DNA of 63,169 nucleotides, filler included, from Reclinomonas americana ATCC 50394 (lineage: Eukaryota): NCBI GenBank assembly GCA_048213135.1. It is 6 parts of 4 records of this genome, joined end to end, with 100 filler letters (N's around TTAATTAATTAA, not from the genome) between each part and the next. Parts side by side here need not be neighbours in the genome. Positions count along the whole stretch, not along the records: positions 28,370 to 42,533 come from PS015763.1; positions 42,634 to 44,314 come from PS015763.1; positions 44,415 to 49,482 come from PS015763.1; 3 more parts are not named here. One strand, written 5' to 3'. The translations under genes were made by a program, and so were the position numbers. Position 1 is the first letter of the stretch; each line of letters begins with the position of its first letter. The notes under the pieces were generated by a model that made no database searches, was not told the DNA's origin, and saw only the letters and a program-made list of their open reading frames with translations. This document shows positions 36,064 through 46,513 of this stretch, in pieces.

Positions 36064-37847
36064 ATGAGTTCGGCAGATCCGACGCGGGTGGAAGCGACGG
36101 AAATCGACTACGCAAAGCGCTTTCGGCAACTCTGGCTGCGTGCCCGCAAGGAACTCCAGAGCCCCAAGTTGCAGGCGGTCGCGTTTGTAAGATGGCTTCT
36201 GGCGCAGCAGGACAGGCTCAAGCCCCGCTCGTTCCGGCAATACCGGGCGGCGACGATGTTCGCCCTGGAGTTCCAAGCGAAGCGACCGCCGGATCGTCGT
36301 CCCCGGGGTTTGCCCGAAGCAATGAAGCTGCTCGAGGAGTCCAGGGGCAAGACCGTCGCTGTTGCCCTGGCTGATGGATCAGTGGTCGTCGGTCGGGAAA
36401 AGCTCAAGCTTCCGCTTCGGACCTCTGCCGCGAAGGCCAGGGCGATGACCGACGAGGTCTCGGACAGCATCCTGGCCAAGGCGCAGGCGCTGCGGTCCAG
36501 TTACGCTTCGGACTTCAGCGCGTTCTTCAAGGCGAACCTGCTCTGCGGTCTCAGGCCGATCGAATGGCATGGGACGCAGATCAGGATCGATGGCAGGGCG
36601 CTGGTCATGATCGTACCGAATGCCAAGCGCGGGAATGGACGCGCCCACGGTCCGACACGAACGCTCGTCTTCGACAATCTGTCCCTGGACCATCGCGACG
36701 CTATCGTGAACTGGGCCAATCGGGTCAACGCTTTGACCCGCAAGGTCTACAAGTCACTGCTGAAGCGCATCGAGGAGGTCATGCGCGCGATCACCAAGCG
36801 CCTGTTCCGCAAGAACCGCCCGACGCCCTATACCACCCGCCACGCCTTTTCGGCCAGGCTCAAGGCCTTCTACCTCGGAAACGCCCGCACCGAGGAGGAA
36901 TATGATCTCGGCTGCGCCATCATCGCCGCGTTGATGGGACACGCGACCGACGACACTGCGNNNNNNNNNNNNNNNNNNNNNNNNNNNNNNNNNNNNNNNN
37001 NNNNNNNNNNNNNNNNNNNNNNNNNNNNNNNNNNNNNNNNNNNNNNNNNNNNNNNNNNNNNNNNNNNNNNNNNNNNNNNNNNNNNNNNNNNNNNNNNNNN
37101 NNNNNNNNNNNNNNNNNNNNNNNNNNNNNNNNNNNNNNNNNNNNNNNNNNNNNNNNNNNNNNNNNNNNNNNNNNNNNNNNNNNNNNNNNNNNNNNNNNNN
37201 NNNNNNNNNNNNNNNNNNNNNNNNNNNNNNNNNNNNNNNNNNNNNNNNNNNNNNNNNNNNNNNNNNNNNNNNNNNNNNNNNNNNNNNNNNNNNNNNNNNN
37301 NNNNNNNNNNNNNNNNNNNNNNNNNNNNNNNNNNNNNNNNNNNNNNNNNNNNNNNNNNNNNNNNNNNNNNNNNNNNNNNNNNNNNNNNNNNNNNNNNNNN
37401 NNNNNNNNNNNNNNNNNNNNNNNNNNNNNNNNNNNNNNNNNNNNNNNNNNNNNNNNNNNNNNNNNNNNNNNNNNNNNNNNNNNNNNNNNNNNNNNNNNNN
37501 NNNNNNNNNNNNNNNNNNNNNNNNNNNNNNNNNNNNNNNNNNNNNNNNNNNNNNNNNNNNNNNNNNNNNNNNNNNNNNNNNNNNNNNNNNNNNNNNNNNN
37601 NNNNNNNNNNNNNNNNNNNNNNAGGTGGAATATGATCTCGGCTGCGCCATCATTCGCCGCGTTGATGGGACACGCGACCGACGACACTGCCGGATTTCCA
37701 CATGGCAGAAATCGAGAAAGCGGAAGGGGCCTGCCCATCCCGCGAGCCGATCCGGCCGAAGTCGCCAGGATCAGGCCGCGGCTCGCCCGCAGTCGCGACA
37801 GGCTTCGTGCTCTTGAAGCACGGCGCTTCGGGGCGGGACCGCGCTGA
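36064..37847 (+). CDS. Second tyrosine-recombinase-like protein (the N gap is probably an unmerged overlap)
   Basis: CGLRPIEW, NAKRGNGR, YTTRHAF, AALMGH; the sequence before the gap repeats after it and continues to TGA at 37847. Confidence 0.75.
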
Positions 37848-38517
37848 TCACCGCAATCACCGGGTGCACGCGATAAGGAGCGTATTTGAGTTTTGGCATT
37901 CTGGCATTTCGTCCCTACCTGCATCTGCCAAGTTACCGGAAATCTCGCGTCTTCACCTTGATCTCATCATACGGAGGTATGGGTCTTATCCCGAGCCGCA
38001 CACTATGCCGATCAAGCTGCATAAGCCTCGCACTTCTGGCAGAAACCGTCCCGCGTGCTCGGCATACTCAGGCGTCCGGTGCGGCCCATCTCTCCGCTGG
38101 GCGGCAAGGCCGGACCCGGTTGTCTCGACAGCGTTATCAGGCGGCGTCCGCCGTCTTCGATCGGGCGACTCAGCATTTCCTCCGCCCGGCGACGCTCCGC
38201 CAGCGCAATGCCGCGCAGCTTCAGGCCGAGCTCGACATTCTCGATTACGAGCTTGTTGGGCAGCAGCACGGAATGATGGAAGACCATGTAGATGCGGGTG
38301 CGACGCACCTCGCGCTGTTGTGCCGGCAGCGCGCTGCGGTTCTCACGGCGCTGGCGCGCTCGGGTATCCTTCTCGGCCGGCGTCGTTTCCTGGGACGTCG
38401 CGAACTCAAAACCCGATCGCTTCGAGCGGGAGCTTTACGTGCCGTTTCTATTAGGCAGAAGCAGTGGAAAGCAAAGAAGAAATCGAAATTCGCCGGCGCA
38501 AGCAGAAACAACTAATC

Positions 38518-39432
38518 CTAAGCGGGTTCCCGTTTGCGTGTCCGTCGGGAGGCAGCCGCAGGCTTGGCTCCGGCCTTTAGTGATTTTCTTGGGACAAAAG
38601 CTTCATCAATCTTGGCAAACTCCGGCTTGACGGCCGAGGAGTAAGACGTCCCCATCATCGAAGAGATTGATTTCCCTGCTTCGATCATTATCCGCTGGAA
38701 TTCATCGAGGCGCGGATCCATGCGGATGCTGGGCCCGCTCAGCGACAGGCAGTAGTGTACCTCGTCACGGATATCGAATATCGGAACGGCAATCGCGGTG
38801 ATCCCCGGGATACGTTGGCCAGCCGTACAGGCGAGGGCCTGTGTACGGATGTCCGCGAGATGAGCCTTCAACTCGGTCGGATCTACGCCTTCCATCTGAT
38901 CTGACTGCCGAAGAATCTCGTTGAGCTCCGCTTCGCTTGTGTAGGCCAGCAAAAGACGGCCGGCGGCACCGCGGTACAGGCTGATATGTTCGCCCGGCCG
39001 TGCGATGGACATGAGCGGTGACGGGGTGTCGACCACATCGATGCATACGCGCTGGAACCCGGCTTTGATGTTGAGCGTGACCGTCTCGCCTGTAGCCCGG
39101 CAGACTTCGGCCATTATTGGCCGGGTCGTATCCCGAATACCGAGCGTGCTTTTGACGAGCCCCGATAGCCGAAGCAATTTCAGTGATAAGCAATAGCGCT
39201 GGTCCTCGAGGCGCACCAGAAAGCCGTTCTTCTGCAGGGTGTTCACCAACCGAAACGTGGTCGCCTTGGGCATGTTGATCCGCGCGCCGATTTCCAGCAG
39301 CGATAGGCTCTGATGCTGCGCATCGAACGCGTCGAAAATGGCCAGCGCTCGTTCAACCGCTCTAATCATCTGTATGCTTTCGATTCCGTTCGCCCCGGCG
39401 ACCGTAGCACATGAGGGCTTGTCGGCTCGCAT
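38518..39432 (-). CDS. IclR-family transcriptional regulator
   Basis: RAVERALAIF, MPKATTFRLVNTL, TGETVTL, GAAGRLLLAY, AIAVPI; start uncertain (39432/39369). Confidence 0.92.
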   Translation of the reverse strand: MRADKPSCATVAGANGIESIQMIRAVERALAIFDAFDAQHQSLSLLEIGARINMPKATTFRLVNTLQKNGFLVRLEDQRYCLSLKLLRLSGLVKSTLGIRDTTRPIMAEVCRATGETVTLNIKAGFQRVCIDVVDTPSPLMSIARPGEHISLYRGAAGRLLLAYTSEAELNEILRQSDQMEGVDPTELKAHLADIRTQALACTAGQRIPGITAIAVPIFDIRDEVHYCLSLSGPSIRMDPRLDEFQRIMIEAGKSISSMMGTSYSSAVKPEFAKIDEAFVPRKSLKAGAKPAAASRRTRKREPA

Positions 39433-39675
39433 CCCTTATCGCGGTCGCGATTCCTGGTAGCGCCAACACTCAGTAGCACTCGTTCGTCACGATACAACGC
39501 TCTGGCCTGGCAGGTCGCCCGACGCCCATCGTGCAATTTCGCGGCGTCCTCGTTTCAAAGCGTTTGCGCCAGCCCCTTCCACCCTCGAAATCGCGCAGTT
39601 CGACGTCCGATTTGCAATGAAATCAGCGACAGAGCTCCCTAAAGCACTGGGTGTCGACCTTGAAGATTGCTGATC

Positions 39676-40278
39676 TCAGTTTCTCTTGAAGTAGGCTGGT
39701 ACCTTGCCTTCGACGCGCTCGATGTCCGGGCGCGCGCTGAGGAGCATGCCGACGGGATCCCAGCTTCCCTCCCTGAACTGTCGGCGCGGCCCGTCGGCGA
39801 TTTCGAACGGATAGCGGTGATTGTCCGTTGCGATCGAGCAGGTTTCCAGATCCAGGGAGAATACGCGTTCCGGGTTCTCGTCGGCAAGCTCCCGCAGTTC
39901 TGCGATGACCTCGGCGGAGGCGCGCACGCAGGGCATCCCGACCGATACGCAGTTTCCCGCGAATATCTCGCCGAACGACTCGCCGATGACGGCATCGATG
40001 CCCCACCGGTGGAGAGCCTGCGGCGCGTGCTCGCGCGACGACCCGCAGCCGAAGTTCCGGCCGACAAGCAGTATGCGCGCACCCGCATTGCGCGGATCGT
40101 CGAACGGGTGCACCTCGCCCTTGCGGCGAAGATCGGCGCGATCGTCCTCGAAGACATGCGTCCCCAGATGCTCGAATGTCAGATGCTTCATGAAGCGGGC
40201 TGGAATGATCCGGTCGGTGTCGATATCGGTACCGCTGATGCTGACCACACGGCCGGTCGTAACGGATTTGTCGTGCAT
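39676..40278 (-). CDS. leuD: 3-isopropylmalate dehydratase small subunit-like
   Basis: DIDTDRIIPARF, NFGCGSSREHAPQAL, ESFGEIFAGN. Confidence 0.9.
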   Translation of the reverse strand: MHDKSVTTGRVVSISGTDIDTDRIIPARFMKHLTFEHLGTHVFEDDRADLRRKGEVHPFDDPRNAGARILLVGRNFGCGSSREHAPQALHRWGIDAVIGESFGEIFAGNCVSVGMPCVRASAEVIAELRELADENPERVFSLDLETCSIATDNHRYPFEIADGPRRQFREGSWDPVGMLLSARPDIERVEGKVPAYFKRN

Positions 40279-40306
40279 CGTTTGTGCCTTTCGGAGCTGA
40301 ACCGGC

Positions 40307-41719
40307 TCAAGCCGCATGGTTTGTCAGAACGCGTGCGTCCATCACCGCACCTGCGATGGCGGCCGCCGCGACCATGGCAGGCGACATCAGCAGCGTGCGT
40401 CCGACCGGCGACCCTTGACGGCCTTTGAAGTTCCGGTTCGACGACGACGCACAGACCTCGCGCCCCTGTAGCTTGTCGGGGTTCATCGCTAGGCACATCG
40501 AGCATCCGGCCTCTCGGAACTCGAAACCCGCCTCGATGAAGACATGATCGAGCCCGCGCCGGATCATCTCGTCGCGGACGGCTTGCGAGCCCGGCACGAT
40601 CAGGGCCCGTACATGCGGGGCAACCTTGCGGCCGCGCACGATCTCGGCCGCGACCTCGAAGTCGGAAATCCTCCCGTTCGTACATGAGCCGATGAACGCC
40701 ACGTCGATCCGGGTGCCGGCAATCGCATCACCAGCCCTCATGCCCATGTAGTCGAAAGCTTCGCGAGCGGCTTCGGCGTCTCGACGCTGGAGCGTTTCCG
40801 GCTGCGGGATGGACTGCTCGACGCTCACCGATTGTCCGGGATTGATGCCCCACGTCACCATCGGCCGAATGTCCTCGCCTGCGAAGACCACGACGTCATC
40901 GTAATCCGCGTCATGATCGGAAGCGGTGCTCTTCCAATCACGGACCGCCTCGTCCCAGCGCTCGCTGTCGGGCGCGTGGGCCCTGCCCTTCAGATAATCG
41001 AAGGTCGTCTGGTCCGGGTTGACATAGCCGCAGCGCGCGCCTCCCTCGATCGACATGTTGCAGAGCGTCATCCGCTCTTCCATCGTCATCGCCGAGACAA
41101 CGTCGCCGGCGAATTCATAAGCATATCCCACACCGCCCTGGACACCGAGGCGGTTGATGACGTGCAGTGCGACGTCCTTGGCGTAGACACCAGGCCGAAG
41201 CCTGCCGGTCACCTCAATTTTGCGCACATTCAGCTTGCCCATGGCGAGCGTCTGCGTTGCGAGCACGTCCCGGACCTGGGAAGTCCCGATGCCGAAGGCG
41301 ATGGCTCCGAAGGCGCCGTGGGTTGAGGTATGGCTGTCGCCGCAAGCAATCGTCAGCCCCGGCTGGGAAAGCCCGTACTCTGGCCCGATCACGTGAACGA
41401 TGCCGTGCTCCGCCTTCTCCGGTGAGAAATAGCGGATTCCATGATCTGCGCTGTTGCGGTGCAGCGCCTCGACCATGGCCTCGGAGAGCTCGTCGTCATA
41501 GGGACGTACCATGCTGTCCGTCGGAATCACATGGTCGGCCGTCGCGAAGGTACGGCCCGGATAGAGGACCTCGAGGCCCCGCTCACGGATCATCGCGAAG
41601 GCCTGTGGGCTCGTGGCCTCGTGAATCAGATGTAGGCTGATGAAGAGCTGATATTGGCCGGCCGCGAGCTCGCGCACCACATGACGGTCGAACACCTTCT
41701 CATACAAAGTCTTGCCCAT
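40307..41719 (-). CDS. leuC: 3-isopropylmalate dehydratase large subunit-like
   Basis: [54 protein letters not shown]. Confidence 0.92.
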   Translation of the reverse strand: MGKTLYEKVFDRHVVRELAAGQYQLFISLHLIHEATSPQAFAMIRERGLEVLYPGRTFATADHVIPTDSMVRPYDDELSEAMVEALHRNSADHGIRYFSPEKAEHGIVHVIGPEYGLSQPGLTIACGDSHTSTHGAFGAIAFGIGTSQVRDVLATQTLAMGKLNVRKIEVTGRLRPGVYAKDVALHVINRLGVQGGVGYAYEFAGDVVSAMTMEERMTLCNMSIEGGARCGYVNPDQTTFDYLKGRAHAPDSERWDEAVRDWKSTASDHDADYDDVVVFAGEDIRPMVTWGINPGQSVSVEQSIPQPETLQRRDAEAAREAFDYMGMRAGDAIAGTRIDVAFIGSCTNGRISDFEVAAEIVRGRKVAPHVRALIVPGSQAVRDEMIRRGLDHVFIEAGFEFREAGCSMCLAMNPDKLQGREVCASSSNRNFKGRQGSPVGRTLLMSPAMVAAAAIAGAVMDARVLTNHAA

Positions 41720-41741
41720 GTCGTTTCCTCGACAGTTCAGA

Positions 41742-42533
41742 TCAATGAAATTGCGGTAGAGCTCGCTGCCGGCGCAGCCAGGCGGAGCGGTACGATCTGA
41801 CGTACTGCGGCGGATGGCTGACCTCGGCACCCAAAGCAGCTGCGGCAGCCCACGACCAGTGCGGATCGTGAAGCATTCCTCTCGCGAGGGCGACGAAATC
41901 GGATTTGCGCTGTGAAATGAGCTCGTTCGCGAAGTGGGGATCAAAAATCATGCCCACGGCCATGGTAGGCAACCCGGTTTCCCGCTTAAGTCGATGGGCG
42001 AACTCGACCTGATGGCCTTCGCCGAGTTCTATCTGCTGCCGGGGTGAGACGCCGCCCGACGAAGCCGTGAGATAATCGCAGCCCAGAGCGGCGAGCTCGC
42101 GCCCGAAGACGACGCTGTCCTCGACGCTCCAGCCACCCTCCACCCAATCCTGCACCGACAGGCGCACGCCCATCGGCCGGTCATCGGGCCAAGCCCCGCG
42201 CATGGCCCGGAACACCGCGAGCGGAAACGCCATCCGGTTGGCGAGCGAGCCGCCAAAGGCATCCGTGCGCCGGTTGGCCAGCGGCGACAGAAAGCCGTGC
42301 AGGAGATAGCCATGAGCGATGTGGACCTCGATCAGGTCGATGCCGAGGCGGGCGGCGCGGCGCACGGCCTGGACATGCGCCTGTATGACGGCTTCGAGGT
42401 CTTCGCCTGTCATTTCGCGCGGCGCGGGCCAGCCCTCGTCATGCGGCACGGGCGAGGCTGCCACCGTCTCCCAGGCCCCGGCCTCAGCCGCCAGCGGCCG
42501 CCCACGGTTCTCCCAGGGAAGGCAGGCCGACCC
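41742..42533 (-). CDS. NADH:flavin oxidoreductase / Old Yellow Enzyme (YqjM-like), 5' end missing
   Basis: [47 protein letters not shown]. Confidence 0.9.
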   Translation of the reverse strand, partial: GSACLPWENRGRPLAAEAGAWETVAASPVPHDEGWPAPREMTGEDLEAVIQAHVQAVRRAARLGIDLIEVHIAHGYLLHGFLSPLANRRTDAFGGSLANRMAFPLAVFRAMRGAWPDDRPMGVRLSVQDWVEGGWSVEDSVVFGRELAALGCDYLTASSGGVSPRQQIELGEGHQVEFAHRLKRETGLPTMAVGMIFDPHFANELISQRKSDFVALARGMLHDPHWSWAAAAALGAEVSHPPQYVRSYRSAWLRRQRALPQFH

Positions 42534-42633
42534 NNNNNNNNNNNNNNNNNNNNNNNNNNNNNNNNNNNNNNNNNNNNTTAATTAATTAANNNNNNNNNNN
42601 NNNNNNNNNNNNNNNNNNNNNNNNNNNNNNNNN

Positions 42634-43126
42634 AGCCATAGCGAAGCGCGAGCGGAGGGCCGAGCAATCCCGCCACGACGCCGCCGATCGGAACCGAGGT
42701 CTGCTTGATGGAGAAAATGATGCTGCGGTTGGCGGGGGTCGAGACCTTCTCGAGCATCTGGCCGGAGGGCGGGTTGATCAGACCGTAGCCGGCGCCCGTC
42801 GCCAGGGACGCGACGATGAAGGTCGGCAGCGAGTGGATGGTCGCCAGCGCCAGCCCCACCGCTCCCAGCAGCAGAGCGGTTTGTGATGTGCGAACCGGCC
42901 CCCAGATCGACGAGATCGATCCGGCCACGACCGAAATGATCATCGCGGCAAGATAGACGATGCTCACCTGATAGCCGATGAAGGTCGTCGATACGCCGAG
43001 GTCCTTCGACACCGCCGGCGCCGTCGCCGGAACGATGAACAGGCTGTTGGCCGCGAGCGTCTGGGCCCCGATCGTGGCCAACAGCACGAGGACCAGTATC
43101 ATCCGCGGTGAAGCAGAAGCGCTCAA
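42634..43126 (-). CDS. MFS transporter, N-terminal part
   Basis: Successive TM helices; RSIIFSIKQTSVPIGG; cut at contig end. Confidence 0.8.
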
Positions 43127-44314
43127 GCGGCGTCTCCCGTCGCGGCGAGCTCTTCGACTAACCCATCCACCGAATTGAGGCGGGCGAGCGAACCCAGCAG
43201 CGAGATCGACGCCTCGGTGCGCTCCTGCCCGAGAACGGGGCCCGCTAGGCCGCGATATTTCTCGACGACTGCAGCATCAGAGAGCGGATGCCGGGCCGAT
43301 CCGCTCGGCTCGTCGACATAGCGCTCGAAGGAACGGCCGTCCTCCAGCGTGAGCGACAGCTTCGCCGCGCGCAGGGCGGGATAGGTCTGCTGGCATTCGG
43401 CGTCCACGTCGACCGCTATCCGCTCGCAAAGGGCGTTCGTCAGCGGATCGCCGAGCTCAGCCTCCTGAAAGCGGCTGATCGCGACGTCGCCATGGCGCAA
43501 GGCCGTCGCGACGCAGAACTGGTAGTTCATCTGGGCAGCGGCCATATCGCCCCAGCCGCCAAGATGCGCGTGCTTGGCCGCGATCGCATAGGTGCTTGCC
43601 TGCACGCGGGCTACGGACGCCGGCGAAAAGCGCTCGGTGCGGGCGATATCGAGGACGGCGTCAACCGCCGGGTGAATATGGCGGCAGCAGGCATAGGGCT
43701 TGAGATAGCAGCGGGTGATGTTGAGGGACACGCCGTCCAGGCGCGGGTGGAGGCCCCGGGTGAGCGCCTCGGTGATCGGCTGGCCGCCATAGGCCTGGAA
43801 GAACCCGTCCGCCGACTCCAGCACGCCCGTCGGCCCGGTCATGCCGCGCTCCGCGAGTAGGGCCGCCTGCAACCCCTCACGCGCCGCGAAGCCGGCATGC
43901 AACCGCTTGATCTCGCCGCCATTGGTCAGGAACGCGAACAGGCCGGCAGCCGAGCTCGCCGCGATGCCCAGCCCCTGCTCGATGCAATCCGCGCTTTGGC
44001 CGCGCAGGCTGCCGACCGCCGCCGCCGCGGCCAGAACGCCGACGACCGGCGTGTTGTGGAAGCCGCGCAGGCGCGAGGCGGGGTGGATCGCCTCCGCCAG
44101 GCGGGTCGAGAACTCGTAGCCCACAGCGATCGCGGCGATCATCCGCTCGCCGGACATGCCCTGTCCGAAGGCCGCCGCCAGCACCGCCGGAACGACCACC
44201 GCGCCCGGATGAACCGAGCCGGCGCGATAGCCGTCGTCGACCTCCAGCCCATGGGCGCTCGTTCCGCAGAGCCAGGCGCTCGTCAGAACGTCGTAGCGCC
44301 CCGGCAATCCTGGC
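43123..44314 (-). CDS. MmgE/PrpD-family protein, 5' end missing
   Basis: AHGLEVDDG..HPG, GYE, RGFH, KRLHAG, KPYACCRHIH, PSGSARHPLS. Confidence 0.9.
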
Positions 44315-44414
44315 NNNNNNNNNNNNNNNNNNNNNNNNNNNNNNNNNNNNNNNNNNNNTTAATTAATTAANNNNNNNNNNNNNNNNNNNNNNNNNNNNNN
44401 NNNNNNNNNNNNNN

Positions 44415-45344
44415 GCCGCCCGTCCGCGGCCGCCGCCTGGCGAGCGACGAAGCCTCGATCAGCGCCTCGAGCTGCATCACCCGCATGATCCCGATATCGG
44501 CGAGGAAGGCGTCGATCGACGCCCCGTTCGCGTTCAAGGCACCCGTGTGGGATTGCGCGAGCTTCTCGCCGATACGGCTGCGCCCGAGCCTGTAAGCGAT
44601 GATCGGCTTGCCGAGCTCATGCGCGCGGCGCGCCATGGCCCGCATGCTGTCCGCGTCCCGAATGGTCTCCAGGAAAAGCAGGACGACGTCGGTGTCTGGA
44701 TCCTCCACAAGCATCGACCCGATCTCGCCGACGCCGAGATCGGCCTCGTTGCCGACCGAGACCATCTTGGAGAAGCCGATCCCGTGGTCGATGCCGCGCG
44801 AGACCAGCGCCCCAAGCAGGCTGCCGCTCTGCGAGATCAGAGCGTTGCGGCCGGGTTCGAGCTTCGGTAGCGAGAACACCTCGTTGGCGGTCAAGGTGAT
44901 GCCGGCGTTCATGTTGACCACGCCCATGCTGTTGGGCCCGACCAGCCGCAGATGACCTTTGCGGGCGTTGGCAACGGTCTGCGCTTGGAGCTCCCGCCCC
45001 TGCTCGCCGATCTCGCTGAAGCCCGCGCTCAAAAGCGTGGCGCAGCGGACGCCCGCCGCGCCGCACTGCGCGACGACGGCGGGGACCGATTCCGCCGCGA
45101 CCATGATGAAGGCATGATCGATCGGCCGGCCGACGCTCGCCACGTCCGGAAAGGCCGGCAGGCCCATGATCTCGCTGCGGCGCGGATTGATCGGGTAGAT
45201 CTCTCCGCGATAGCCGTGCTGCCGCAGGAAGCGTTGGGGCAGAGAGGTGTGCTTGTCGGCGTCGCCCGAGGCGCCGATCAGCGCGATACTGTCGGGCGCA
45301 AACAGGGCCTTGGAGAGGGACGCGGTCATTCCATCCCCTGTCAT
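44415..45344 (-). CDS. Acyl-CoA synthetase, NDP-forming (acetate-CoA ligase family), 3' end missing
   Basis: PDSIALIGAS, YPINP, GPNSMG, SQSG, SVGNEAD, SHTGAL. Confidence 0.88.
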
Positions 45345-46513
45345 GATCGGGCCTTCGCATCCGCGGGAGCAGGACGCTGCGGGAACGATCTTTCGAACAC
45401 GTGCTCGGCGATGCGGTTCAGCAGGATTTCTGTCGAACCGCCCGCGATCATCCAGCCGCGCGTGCGGCGGAAGCAGTATTCGGCGAGCGATTCCTCGCTG
45501 TAGCCGAGCCCTCCCAGGATCTGCATCGACTCGTTGGCGAGGTCGAAGCCGGCGCGGTTGCAGGCGACCTTGGCGATTGCCGTCTGCTCAGCCGATGGAA
45601 ATCCCCGGTCCGCATTCACGGCGGCGCGGTAGAGCAGCAACTGGGCCGCGTCCATCTGGACCTTCATGTTGGCGAACTTCCATTGCAGGCCCTGGAACTC
45701 CGCGAGCGGCCGGCCAAACTGGTGGCGCATCAGGGCGTGATCGCGCGCCAAGGTGTAGGCATGGCGGCCGAGCGCCAGCGAGCGGGCGCTGTTGCCCAGG
45801 CGCTCCACGTTGAACCCCCCCATCTGCTTCTTGAAGCCGCCGGGTCCGAGGACCACGGCCTCGCGCGGGACGTAGACGTTGTCGAAATAGAGCGTGTTCC
45901 AGTCCTCGCCGGACAGGAAGCGCGAACGCTGCCCGAAGCGGAAGCCTTCGCTGTCGCGGGGAACCAGCACCGAGCCGATGCCGCCGAGGCCAGGACCGAA
46001 GCGGACATAGACCAGGAACACCGTCGCGTGAGTTCCATGGGTGGTGAAGACCTTGCTGCCGTTGAGCCTGAATCCGTCCGCGTCCGGCGTCGCGCTGGTC
46101 GCGAGCTCAGTGACGGCAGATCCGGCTCCAGGCTCCGTCATCGCGACCGAAATGATGCCCTTCCCCGCCAGCAGCGATCCAAGATAGCGCTCCTTCTGGG
46201 CAGGCGTGCCGAACTCGGCCAGGACGCGAATGGCACCGAAGTTTCCGGCCTGGACGACATCGGCGCTGCGCGGGCAGACGCTCGCGATCTGCTCGATGGC
46301 GATGACGGCGTCGGACAGCTTACCGCCTGCGCCGCCGTCGGCCTCGGAGACCGTGATCCCGAGCAGGCCGTTGCCGGCCATCAGCTCGGCCACGTCCCAG
46401 GGATAATCCGGGAAATGGGCGCGCCGCAGCGCGCCATCGGCGAGATGGCGCCTGGCGAGGGCCTGCACCGAGTCCCGCAACATCCTCTGGTCTTCGTTTA
46501 GCTCGAAATCCAT
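45341..46513 (-). CDS. Acyl-CoA dehydrogenase
   Basis: AMTEPGAGS, LNGSKVF, RHQFGRPLAEFQG, QILGGLGY, IAGGSTEI. Confidence 0.93.
   Translation of the reverse strand: MDFELNEDQRMLRDSVQALARRHLADGALRRAHFPDYPWDVAELMAGNGLLGITVSEADGGAGGKLSDAVIAIEQIASVCPRSADVVQAGNFGAIRVLAEFGTPAQKERYLGSLLAGKGIISVAMTEPGAGSAVTELATSATPDADGFRLNGSKVFTTHGTHATVFLVYVRFGPGLGGIGSVLVPRDSEGFRFGQRSRFLSGEDWNTLYFDNVYVPREAVVLGPGGFKKQMGGFNVERLGNSARSLALGRHAYTLARDHALMRHQFGRPLAEFQGLQWKFANMKVQMDAAQLLLYRAAVNADRGFPSAEQTAIAKVACNRAGFDLANESMQILGGLGYSEESLAEYCFRRTRGWMIAGGSTEILLNRIAEHVFERSFPQRPAPADAKARS

Larger units (their letters stand above)
26331..37847. mobile_element. Putative integrative element or satellite-like island (boundaries uncertain)
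   Basis: Tyrosine recombinases at both ends with XRE regulator, nuclease, AAA protease and DUF3987-like gene between; no att duplication found; several gaps. Confidence 0.55.

Noticed and set aside
36897..37690. About 60-bp direct repeat that could be taken for an att site
   Set aside because: The copies sit exactly at the two edges of an N gap inside a CDS; assembly overlap. The same pattern occurs at 46620-46660 and 47165-47205.
37886..38515. 209-aa plus-strand ORF after the second recombinase
   Set aside because: No recognisable motif, weak start and no RBS; could be a remnant but I cannot support it.
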